A stretch of 64,000 nucleotides of DNA. Source: Somniosus microcephalus (lineage: Eukaryota). Shown here one piece after another: positions 1 through 10,313 of this stretch. The DNA lies in the NCBI GenBank assembly GCA_052327205.1, contig CM126212.1, forward strand, positions 142,910,001 to 142,974,000, written 5' to 3'. Within the stretch, counting starts at the first letter, position 1, and the number at the start of each line of letters is the position of its first letter. A model generated the notes under the pieces. It searched no databases. It had not been told where the DNA came from and was given only the letters and a program-made list of their open reading frames with translations. The translations under genes were made by a program, and so were the position numbers.

Positions 1-331
1 CAGTTCGACCAAGTATTCTGCGTTGCTTTCGTCTTTCCTTTGCGTTCTCGCATAGAATTTGAATCGTTCCGCCGAACATCAACGGTGTGGGGTTCAAGTG
101 ATCCTTCAGAACAGTCACAGTATCATCGAAAGTCTGATCCGCCGGTTTAGCTGGTGCTAGTAGATGCTTCAAGAGCCCGTATGTCTTCGCGCCCATCGAG
201 TTTAGCAAGGTTATAGCTTTGTCATCTTCTTCTATTTTATTGGCCTCACAATAGATCTCAATGCGTTCCACATACGTGGCCCAGTCTTCTACCTCGGAAT
301 TAAAATCGTTGATGTTACCATGCTTAGGCAT
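1..331 (-). pseudogene. Gypsy gag N-terminus, frameshifted near position 75
   Basis: Manual translation MPKHGNINDFNSEVEDWATYVERIEIYCEANKI...TLLNSMGAKTYGLLKHLLAPAKP...LKDHLNP, then in another frame AERFKFYARTQRKDES. Confidence 0.8.
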
Positions 332-1534
332 CTTCCTCTCTTCCTGATAACACCACGAATTATTTCTTTAAATTTTCTTTTATTTTTTTTTTCCAAGATG
401 GCGGTTCCCGCGAAAATGGCGGTTTCCCGCGCTTATCTTCTCTCCCCGCCCACTTCAATGGCGGTTTCCCGCTTCTGTCTTCTTCCCCGCCTAATGGCGG
501 CTTCCCACGTTTCTTCCCTAGCGGGAGGGGTACACTTTCCCCACGGGCGACGGCCGCTGGCTTTCAGGTTCACAGCCTGCGCGTCGGCTTCAGTGCTTTC
601 CCTTTTCTCGGCAGGGCAACCGGCGCTGGGTACACCCCGTTGACGGCGAACAGTTTCAGCCACTGGGCTGGCTCTCGCTCAGTCTCCCTTGGTCGGCTCT
701 GCCTCTCCCGCTCGCTCGGCTCCCAATCGCGCCTCCCAGCCCTCTCGCAGTCCGGAGCTTCCCTCCCCGGCTGCGGCTGAGTTTTTATATCTTCCCGCGC
801 CTACGCTCCCGGTCGCAGCTCTTCGTGGCTTCGGTCGCTGCCCGGCCTTTTTCGCCGGTCGCGGTCTAGCTGTCTCACGACGCCGTTGCGTCCCCAGCCT
901 GTCTGTACCGCGGCTTCCTTGCTCCACGCTGCCCCAGTCTCAGCGCCTCTGGGCCCGACTTCTGTCCGGCTCCTTTCCCCCTCGACCGTGGTCGAGTGCA
1001 CCGCCCTTATCCTCCGGTTATTCTTTTTACTTTCCCCTTACTCACAGTCACCGTGGCCGGCTTGCTTCTCGTGCTGATCGGCTCACTCCTCACCATGGCA
1101 GAAGGGACAGTCAGTGCCTGTTGCTGATGGAAGTCTTTGTCTCTGAATTCTTCCTCCTTTCCAGCTCTGCAGACTTGAGTTTTCTCCCAGCAGAATGACG
1201 AGGGCGGTTGCCTCTTCTCGACGCTCGTTAACTGCTTCGGAAGTATTGTTGCCGCAGGGTACGATCGGACTCGTCGCCACTGTAAAGTCTGTGGGTTGTT
1301 TAGTTAATTAATACACAGACTACCAGAGTAACTTAAAACAGGACTTTACTATTCGAAGGTCAGGGCGAATCTGCCAAATAAATCCTGACACAGCACTTAT
1401 ATACCGGTGTGGTCACCGTCGGTATTACAGTATACAGAAGCCAACAAAGTAGTGCCACACCTAAAATAGTTCTCTTAAAGGTGAACGGTTACATACAATG
1501 GTTTTCTTAAAGGTAGACGGATACATACACTACA
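1..1534 (-). mobile_element. Gypsy (Ty3/Mag-like) LTR retrotransposon, 5' part: LTR 1281-1534, PBS 1270-1279, ~940-bp leader, start of gag; continues beyond window start
   Basis: Minus-strand TGTAGTG...TTTACA LTR followed by TGGCGACGAG (complementary to tRNA-Ser(GCU) 3' end) and a gag N-terminus similar to that of the element at 10690. Confidence 0.85.
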
Positions 1535-1539
1535 CACAC

Positions 1540-1750
1540 CATCCAGACTTGTACATATATCGGCCGTTCCTTCATCGTCGCTGGGTCAAAATCCTGGAAC
1601 TCCCTCCCTAACAGCACTGTGGGAGTACCCTCACCACACTGACTGCAGCGGTTCAAGGAGGCAGCTCACCACTAGCTTCTGAAGGGCAACTAGGGATGGG
1701 CAATGAATGCCGGCCATGCCAGCGACACCCACATTCCGAGAATGATCTTC
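1540..1750 (+). repeat. 3' end fragment of a CR1/L2-group LINE (family also at 17325 and 34635)
   Basis: Encodes SWNSLPNSTVG...LQRFKEAAHH; near-identical reverse-complement copies elsewhere in the window. Confidence 0.7.
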
Positions 1751-3023
1751 GTTTTAAAAAGTCAGTGCCATCTCAACCACCCAAAAGACTTGACTGCATG
1801 TGGCCAATAGTCATAGACCTCACAGATGAGTGGATGTAAGAGTGCCCACCATCACCCTGTACTAAACAGCTGAGCAAAGTTTCCATGCCACAAGTGGCCT
1901 TTCTCTCACACTACCTTACAGTCCATCAGAAGCTCACCATGCATGTCCATTCTGTAGCACACTTTGCAGGGACAACTTGTGCCTGTAACTCTTCCCGCAT
2001 TCACATCCTTTAAAAAGGGTTTCAGCCCAACAACCCTTTCAAGTGCAATCTTGTTGCATGATGCATGTACATGCAATCACACCCACAACTGGACTACAGG
2101 GTAGCTTTTTAGATCTCATTATATGGCTCTTCACATTTCCAACATGTCAACTCTGTTTCTCGCTTGCAGGCTAAGGCATCCCAACAGTAGACAGCAAACA
2201 CAGACTGGAGGAAGTCAACCAATCCTCAAGCCTTTTAGTGCATTTGAAGATCCCACCTTGCTCATCATTGGGCCAAACAGCATAGGAGAGGGAAAAGATG
2301 AAATTTGAATGTAATTTAGAGACGTCCTGATGATTTGTCAGTTAACACAAATTAATTTGATTTAAACTGGCTCGGCCCATGAACTGAAGATGGAATAACA
2401 ACCGAAAATGTTGGAAAAACTCAGCAGGCCAGGCAACATCCGTGGAGAGAGAACTGTAGAAGGGTTTCGACCCGAAACGTTGATTCCATGGGGTCAATTT
2501 TAACTGAGCCGTGAGGCGGGCTTTGAGGCGTGCAGGGGGTTAAAATTGCTAAAACTGGCTGGCGGGCGGGGCCCCCCCCGGCCTGGTTCCCGACACCGAG
2601 CCATTTTAACCCAGGCGTGTCTGATGGTCCCGAATCAGTCCCGCCTCCAACAGGCGGGACTGGACTTTAAGGCCCTTAATCAGCAATAATTGGCATTTAT
2701 AATGCCATTTTAACAGACCCTTGCATTTTTAACCCTATTCCCACATAAAACACGCCTGGTGGGGATCACGCCTGTGAAACCTGGCGTGAGCACTATTGGC
2801 TTGCTGACTATCAGCTGCAGATCAACCATTAAAGAGGACATTTGATCAGTCATCATTTGCAGGTGGCAGGACTTTGTTGTTTCAGGCCTCGGGCAACTTT
2901 TACCAGGCTTAACCACACCTGTGGAAGGTTGGAGCCTCACACACATCTCCAGTGTGAACTCCTGGGAAACCCCTCTTGCAACCCTCACTCAGCGCTTCCT
3001 CAGCGGAGGCATATGCCAGAAGC

Positions 3024-4292
3024 ATGGGAGCCATTTTTCTCCTTCCCTTCTTGGCATTAGAGGAGCTCGAGCACCAGGCGCGGCAGCAGCAGAAACAGGA
3101 ACAACAGCAGCACCAGCAACAGCAGCAGCAGCAGCAGGAGCGACAGGCTGATGCTCACCCACCTGAGGCAGCACAGGCCAGAAGGGGCCAGCGCATGGAA
3201 GTCCGTCGGTGCAGGAGATACCCCCCAAACAGGGTCTACAGACACAGGGTCAGCTACCTCAACATGACTGAGCAGCAGTGCCAAAGGGGGCTCCGACTTT
3301 CGCGACAAGTAGTGACTGACATCTGCGCAATGCTACAGCAAGACCTGCTGCCTAGGGGACCAGGTGGACACTCCTTACCAGTGGCCGTCAAACTCACCAC
3401 CGCACTCAACTTTTTTGCCTCAGGCTCATTCCAGGGATCATCAGCAGACATCAGCGGCATCTCCCAGTCGGCCGCACACACTTGCATCACGCAGGTAACC
3501 GATGCCCTCTTTGCCCTCGCGCACAATCACATCCATTTCACCAGGGATCGCGCAAGTGTGATGGCACGAGCGGTTGGATTAGCTCATCTGGCAGACTTTC
3601 CAAGGGTGCAGGGCGTCATTGACTGCACACATGTGGCCCTTAGGGCACCCCATTGCAATCCAGGTATTTTTGTCAACCGCAAGGGCTTCCACTCCCTTAA
3701 CGTTCAGCTGGTGTGTGATCACAAGAAGGAGATTTTGCATGTTTGTGCCAAGTACCCTGGCAGTTGCCATGATTCCTTCATACTGCGCCAGTCTAGTGTG
3801 CCTCCGCTATTCATGCTGCCAGACCAACTTCATGGATGGCTACTTGGAGACAAGGGCTGTCCCATGAGAACTTGGCTAATGACGCCGTTGAAGAGGCCAG
3901 CCAACGAAGTTGAGGAGCGCTACAACTCCAGCCACATTTCCACCAGATCCATAATCGAGCAAACCATCGGCTTGCTGAAGATGCGCTTCAGATGCCTGGA
4001 TAGATCAGGTGGAGCCCTACAGTACTCAGCAGCCAGGGTCTCCAGAATCGTCGTGGTTTGCTGTGTACTTCACAACATTGCACAGCGTCGTGGCTTGCAG
4101 ATTCCTGAGGACCAAGTGGCTCCTCACATACCCTCCTCAGATAATGATGATGATGATGATGAGGAGGAGGAGGAGGAGGAGGAGGACGAAAATGAGCATC
4201 CTGCAGAGGCCCATCAACCAGCGGCAGCATTACGTGAGAACATTGCTGCCCAGGATGCAAGGAATGCACTCATCCTGGCCAGATTTGCTTAG
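3024..4292 (+). CDS. Harbinger DDE transposase (HARBI1-like), uninterrupted ORF with N-terminal polyQ and C-terminal D/E tract
   Basis: Motifs [58 protein letters not shown]; first ATG at 3024 (ORF track starts at TTG 2976). Confidence 0.92.
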   Translation: MGAIFLLPFLALEELEHQARQQQKQEQQQHQQQQQQQQERQADAHPPEAAQARRGQRMEVRRCRRYPPNRVYRHRVSYLNMTEQQCQRGLRLSRQVVTDICAMLQQDLLPRGPGGHSLPVAVKLTTALNFFASGSFQGSSADISGISQSAAHTCITQVTDALFALAHNHIHFTRDRASVMARAVGLAHLADFPRVQGVIDCTHVALRAPHCNPGIFVNRKGFHSLNVQLVCDHKKEILHVCAKYPGSCHDSFILRQSSVPPLFMLPDQLHGWLLGDKGCPMRTWLMTPLKRPANEVEERYNSSHISTRSIIEQTIGLLKMRFRCLDRSGGALQYSAARVSRIVVVCCVLHNIAQRRGLQIPEDQVAPHIPSSDNDDDDDEEEEEEEEDENEHPAEAHQPAAALRENIAAQDARNALILARFA

Positions 4293-4502
4293 CCTAGTAA
4301 ATCAAACTCTTTTGCCTCGCAGCTTCTTACCCGAGCATCGACAATGGCCAAACCCTGTGGATTCCTAGCTATTTGACCAGCATCCTGACAACTGCAAGTA
4401 ATCCTAAGCCCTCAACAGTTGCCATCAGAACTTTTATGCACAAGAACCAACTGATGGCATTTTTACAATATACACATTCCACCCAAGTGACTACCCTTGT
4501 GA

Positions 4503-6516
4503 CTACTTGTGCTTTATTTTCCTCTTACGCCTGCTCCTACGTAGTGGTTCCCCTGTGGCTTCAGCAGGTGTGGAGGCCCCTTGCTCACTTTCCTGCTGCT
4601 CCTGTCTCGACACCTTTGGTGGGCGTCCTCTGGGGTGGCGAGCCTGTGAGGGCTCATCAGCAGTCTGCTGCTCCTGCGGCTGTGCAGGGGTTGAGACGTC
4701 TATCTCACTTGGGTGTGGACTCCGGCAGGGCTCTGACCGAGGGCTCTGCAGTGGCATGGAAGTGTGAGCGCTTGGAGAGGAGCCCCCACTTCCTTGAGGC
4801 CTGCCACCAACCTCCCTCTCTTGGGTCAGCTCCCCCTCCGCGCCTGCAAGTGGCTTGAGAGCACCTTGCTGCACATCAGGGGGGCCATGGGGACCCGTAT
4901 CTGCAATGGCAGTCCTACTCAGAAGGACTTCCATGAAGGTCTGATTTCTCTGTTCAATAGATGCCCATCGCTCCTCAAGAGATGTCATTCTATTCTGAAC
5001 ACTCACCATGTTTTCCATACCCTGGCGACTAACCTCCTCCATGGCCGTAGCCCTCCTCTCCTCTACCGTAGCCAGCCTTACCACGGAGGCAGCAATCATT
5101 TCCACGTAGGTAGCCATCCTTTCCGTGTTGATGCGTTCATACGCCACTGACTCCACAAAGGCTCTGCTCATGTTCGCTATGGACTCCTCCATTCGCTCCA
5201 TACTCGCAGCGACCCTGGAGACAAAACCTGCCAGAGACTCCTGCAGCTGTGCATGGAGTTCCATCACCTCTGATCTTATGGATGGACCCAGAGGCAGAGG
5301 GTCGACATGCAGCTGAGATGAGCTGGCAGAGTCCTACGCCCTCCGACTAGGACTCTCCACTGCTGTCCCTGTCTCCACAATCTGCTGATGCTCACTTGTG
5401 AGCTGTGATACACCAGGTGACAACACTACTCTATCTCACGATGGTCCCCCTGAGGTGTGAGTGTCTGCGCTGGTGCTGGGTGCGCTTATTTCTGCTGACG
5501 CTGCGCCCTCAGAGGTTGCAGAGCCCTCTGAGGAGTCTGGAATCTCAGGCTCTTCCTCTTGTACAGTGGGGATGGGGGCTCTCGATGGTCCTGTGGGGGA
5601 GTCAAGGAAAAAGTTAGAGATGTGATGCCAAGGTTACATGCACATTGCATTTTGCAGATGATCATAAGTCCATATGAGGTAGCTTCAGAATCATTATCAA
5701 CAACTCATGCAATGTCAGTGAGAGAGATGGAAAACTATTCTGTCACCAGCTTGCGGGGATGTACCTGTCTGTCCTTCCCCAACTTCCGCATCTGTATTAG
5801 CCCCGGCCATCTCCAGGACGGCTTCCTCCCAGGGGGTGAGCTGGGCTAATGAGGATGGCCCTCCTCCTGTCCTGGCTCGCTCTCTCCTGTTGTGAGCTCT
5901 CTTCTCCTGCAATGAGGGAGACAAGTGGAGGTTGAGTGAGAATGAAGGAGTGAGTGTAGAGATTGCATAGCATAGATACTTAGAAGGAGACAAAGATGGA
6001 GTGTGGTTGCAAGACCAAGGGCATTCCCTGTGTGTTGTCAGTTGTGTTCAAAGCATCAGAGTGAGAGGGAGTGTGAGGGCTGCATGGTCGAATAGTTAGG
6101 TGAATGTGAGCATAGACAGAGAGGGAATGGCTAAGGGTGCATGGATGTGAGTGTCAAGTGGGATGTGGCGGAAGAGATTGCTAAAGCTGAGTGCTGGTGA
6201 GGAAAGGCAATGGGGATCAAATTGAGGGTGATGGAAACTTCATACTTACTTTTCCAGTGCGATGAAGGTCATGGAATCCTTTCCTGCAGTGCATCCAGGT
6301 GCGCCATGTGAGCCCCAAGGAGTTGATTTCCCCAGCCACCTGTAGCCACACAGCCTTGGTCTGACTGGGAGGCCTCTTCCTCCCTGAAGAAGGGAACAGG
6401 ACCTCCCTGTGGGCCCTAGCCCCATCCAACAATGCCTGCAGTGATGCCTCATCAAATTTAGGCGCAGCTCCTGCCCTCCCACTGGCCATTGTTCCTGCAG
6501 GCTCCTGTGCCATCAT
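4503..6516 (-). pseudogene. Harbinger Myb/SANT-like (trihelix) DNA-binding partner gene, 3 exons (6516-6250, 5906-5747, 5590-4503), two premature stops in exon 3
   Basis: Exon 1 APKFDEASLQALLD...W..VAGEIN...RTWMHCRKGFHDL; exon 2 EKRAHNRRERARTGGG; GT-AG introns with compatible phases (0, 1); exon 3 in frame with ORF 4503-5267, with TGA at 5436-5438 and TAG at 5334-5336. Confidence 0.85.
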
Positions 6517-7307
6517 AAGGGGAAAGCTTGGAAGCCTGCAGAGGAAGCAAGGTTTGCTGTGGACCTTAAATGTAGCAGCAATGATGACGTCATCCGTGGG
6601 GACTTGCAGTCATGAAAAACCCATTTGCAAAGGCTTCCCACATGTTGGAAATCAATTGGCCAATTGAGATAAAATTGCATCAATCTCACACATCCATTTA
6701 GATTCGTGTGGGAATCACGAAATTCGGGGAACCCGACAATTGCCCGCACCCGAGTTAAAATTGACCCCTATTTCTCTCTCCACGGATGTTGCCTGGCCTG
6801 CTGAGTTTTTCCAACATTTTCTGTTGTTATTTTGGATTTCCAGCATCCGCAGTATTTTGCTATCGTTACTGAAGATGGAGTTTTGTTAGCAGAGGCAGGA
6901 CTACTGCTGTGCATGTTTGAAACCTTATTAAACTTGTTCCGTTTTGTTCAGTCCTGGATTAGAGAAGCCTGAAAAAAAGTTCAAAATCATAAGTTTATTT
7001 CGAACATTGGCACTGCTGAGATAAGCTAAATCAGGACAGAACATAAACCAAGCCAAGGAACAAACCTGGAACCTGCCCTGTGGCCTCAGCTGCTCACTGC
7101 TTTAGCCAGGTGTGCCTCGGGCAGCCTAGTGCTGCTCAGCCAGAAAGTGACCCTGTTTCAGGAAAGCAAATCAAATCACTGAGAAAGAACACCTCAGTAC
7201 CTTAACTGCCTAGTACAGAACCAACAATACACATCCAAAAGCAATCATATGCCTCAAACTTGAAAGTCCAGCACTCAGCAGTTTAAGCTGTAGGCTGGTA
7301 GGCTCTC

Positions 7308-7801
7308 ATAAGAAATAAGAAATAAGAGCAGGAGTAGGCCATATGGCCCCTCGAGCCTGCTCCACCATTCAATAAGATCATGGCTGATCATCGACCTCAA
7401 CTCCACTTTCCCGCCCGATCTCCATATCCCTTGATTCCCCGAGAGTCCAAAAATCTATCTACCTCAGCCTTGAATATACTCAAAGACTCAGCATTCACAG
7501 CCCTCTGGGGCAGAGAATTCCAAAGATTCACAACCCTCTGAGTGAAGAAATTCCTCCTCATCTCAGTCTTAAATGGCCCACCCCTTATCTTGAGACTATG
7601 CCCCCTAGTTCTAGACACTCCAGCCAGGGGAAAAAACCTCTCAGCATCTACCCTGTCAATCCCCTTCAGAATCTTCTATGTTTCAATGAGATCACCTCTC
7701 ATTCTTCTAAACTCCAGAGAGTAAGGCCCATTCTACACAATCTCTCATCATAGGACAGCCCTTTCATCCCAGGAATCAATCTAGTGAACCTTCGTTGCAC
7801 C
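7308..7801 (-). mobile_element. 5'-truncated CR1 LINE 3' fragment
   Basis: [12 protein letters not shown]...RRNFFTQRVVNLWNSLP peptide and TTCTTAT-type tail. Confidence 0.9.
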
Positions 7802-9316
7802 GCTGTGCTGTCTTAGGACATGTGGGTTGCCTCTTCCAATCCAGAACCTTGTACCACGTTTGAAGCTACTGAAGTTTTTTTTTTAATTGAACCTCCGACA
7901 TGCTACTGTAGTGACACCTAGTGAGAAGAAAGTGTTCACACAAAGCAGCTTTCTGGGCACTGTGTTACAGAGAAGGTTGTCTACTACCCAAATATGCACA
8001 TTAGCCACCCAACATTTATAACACCAACAACTTTGATCAATGACACATGAAGACATGGGCTGTATTATCTATCCCTCCATCCATTTCCCCAATAAATATT
8101 GGCCTCAATAATCCTGGGCTTCTATCAATGTGACTTTATACCCAGCCACTAAAGGAGACCCAAGAACATCCTGGGTTGTCTCCGACTGCTTTGTGGGCCC
8201 ACAGGAGCCAACATATTGGCTCAACTTGGTAGGTCCCAATCCCTGCTTGGTCAAGTTCATAATTTAGGCACATTAAGAACCATGGGCATGAAATGACATT
8301 TCATTTTCCATTGCATCAACACCAGAACCCATCAATGAACAAATAGTGTACTCCCATACCACAGTGGGTGAGTTTTAATAAACAAGGTGCTGGAGAAAGA
8401 AGGCATCAGACAACTAGGGACAGAGCAACCCAGAATGGTTGAATTTGAATTTGATTTGTTTGTGGAATGTGAGTTTGCCCTCTTTGGACAGATGATGATT
8501 CAAATGACACTGTGACCAGCTTGGACAGGGACAACTTCAGGGTTCAAATAATCACAGATGAAGCACTAGAGGTTGCTAGAAGGTAGCTCAGGGACTTAGT
8601 GCATCACTGTGTTAACATGATGCATGGAATGGCAAAATCTTTAGATTCCCACCTCTGATTCCCCATATGACTGGTCTATTTGGGAAGACTAAGAGAGACA
8701 AATTACTTCCCTTCAGGAAGAGGAGGATAAAAATCTTGGTGAGTCAATGGATCCCTAGAAGTGAGTCCCACAGTTGAATCTAATTGAGGGGTTTAAATAT
8801 GTGTACATCTATATATATAAAAGAGCTCTTCTGTCTGTCTGTCCCGATGTCTGTCCCGGTGTCTGTCTGTCTGTCCGTCCGTTCTCTATACGTTTGAAAG
8901 TTACAGAGCGTACCGACGCGCGCGTCGCCTCAAAAGAAAGCTTGCGATTCCGGACCGGTCATAGGCGTATTTACGTTTCGGCCGGACAAAAATCCCGCCC
9001 ACAGTATCCCAAAAACGTTCAGCGTTCCGCTCATTAGCATCTCATTAGCGACCGTGTGACGTCGAGGTCCACCAATCGGACGGCGGGTTCCTTCCTACAG
9101 TTGAGTGTCGAGTGACTCGACGATTGACCAATCCTACGTTTCGGTGACCTGACCGGTCGACCAATCGGTGCGTGTGTGGGCGGGCCTTATCCTTCTGAAC
9201 CGAGGTGAGTGGCCGCCATCTTGATTTTTCACAATTTTTTCCCCCACACTTTCTGTGTGTTAGGGAACTAAGGTAAATATTTTAATGATGTGTTAGAGAA
9301 TTAAATAACAATTTAA

Positions 9317-9570
9317 TGGGGGGGGGGAGAGCCTCGGGAAATCGCGGGGGGGGGAGAGCCTCGGGAAATCGCGGGGGGGGGAAGAGCCTCGGGAAATCGC
9401 GGGGGGGGAGAGCCTCGGGAAATCGCGGGGGGGGGGAGAGAGCCTCGGGAAATCGCGGGGGGGGCGAGCCTCGGGAAATCGCGGGGCGCTCGCGCCGCCC
9501 GCACTGACCGCGCATGCGCCGCCCGCACTGACTGCGCATGCGCCGCCCACACTGACCGCGCATGCGCCGC
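9317..9570 (+). repeat. Two tandem arrays inside the Helitron: Gn-AGAGCCTCGGGAAATCGC x6 and 24-bp GCCGCCCGCACTGACCGCGCATGC x3
   Basis: Directly visible. Confidence 0.9.
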
Positions 9571-9684
9571 CCGCCCGCCCACAGCGGCCGTCCATCAGCC
9601 GCGCGATACGCGGGGGACCTCAGCTCCGGACCTCAGGCGCTAGGCAGGGGGAGGGGCCGGAGAGAGGGACAGAGGGGAGTGGGG

Positions 9685-9837
9685 NNNNNNNNNNNNNNNN
9701 NNNNNNNNNNNNNNNNNNNNNNNNNNNNNNNNNNNNNNNNNNNNNNNNNNNNNNNNNNNNNNNNNNNNNNNNNNNNNNNNNNNNNNNNNNNNNNNNNNNN
9801 NNNNNNNNNNNNNNNNNNNNNNNNNNNNNNNNNNNNN
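9685..9837. other. Assembly gap (153 N)
   Basis: Run of N. Confidence 1.
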
Positions 9838-10313
9838 AGGGAGAGGACATGACAGGGAGAGGGGGGACACACAGGGGCAGGGAGACCAAGCGCCCCAAAA
9901 TTGCCCTCGCGCCCCAAAATTGCCCTCGCAACGCGGGGCTCCCCAGCTAGTATAGAATAAAGGATACCATGAATGAGTTACAGAGTGGAATGTAAAAATT
10001 GAGGGGTTCAGCTGATTTAAAGCAATGGAAATTCAGGGTAAAGTTTAGGAATGGATACAAAACGTATTAAACATTAGGGAGGAACTAGTGGGTACATGTT
10101 GGGGCAGTTAGGCTAGGGTGGGCACACAGTCTCAGGGATTGGTGTTGGCACCTCTTATTAATTTACATTAATGACCGAGAGGTCACCTCATAGATGTATA
10201 CACAACAATAAACACTATACAAAAAGGAGCACATTTCTAAACTGAAATGTGACACCAAGACAAGTGGGCATAGTTTCAAACTTTTAAAAGGGAAATGATG
10301 TCCAAAAAGTTAT

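Larger units (their letters stand above)
2490..6768 (+). mobile_element. PIF/Harbinger DNA transposon, two-gene (autonomous-type) structure, 4279 bp
   Basis: 16-bp TIRs GGGGTCAATTTTAACT (2490-2505) / AGTTAAAATTGACCCC (6753-6768); 3-bp flanks CAT/TAT; convergent DDE transposase and Myb/SANT genes. Confidence 0.93.
2395..6867. mobile_element. Short Penelope-derived element with inverted arms, split by the Harbinger insertion
   Basis: 58-bp inverted arms (2396-2453 / 6772-6829, one mismatch), direct repeat ACTGAAGATGGA at 2383-2394 and 6868-6879 (TSD), hammerhead-like CTGTAGA-AGGGT-TTCG-ACCC-GAAAC at 2454-2478. Confidence 0.65.
8808..9950 (+). mobile_element. Non-autonomous Helitron (contains assembly gap 9685-9837)
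   Basis: A|TCTATATATATAAAA start, (CTGT)n near 5' end, subterminal GC hairpin GCCCTCGC-AAC-GCGGGGC (9922-9939), CTAG|T end, no TSD. Confidence 0.85.

Noticed and set aside
3024-4292. Domesticated host gene HARBI1
   Set aside because: The ORF lies between intact TIRs next to a Myb partner gene, so it is a transposon copy
2395-6867. Composite transposon with 58-bp outer TIRs
   Set aside because: The outer arms match a Penelope-derived repeat also at 48490 and have their own 12-bp TSD; the inner TIRs alone explain the transposon
9282-9931. Pro/Arg/Gly-rich ORFs and ORFs spanning Ns
   Set aside because: Artefacts of tandem repeats and the assembly gap
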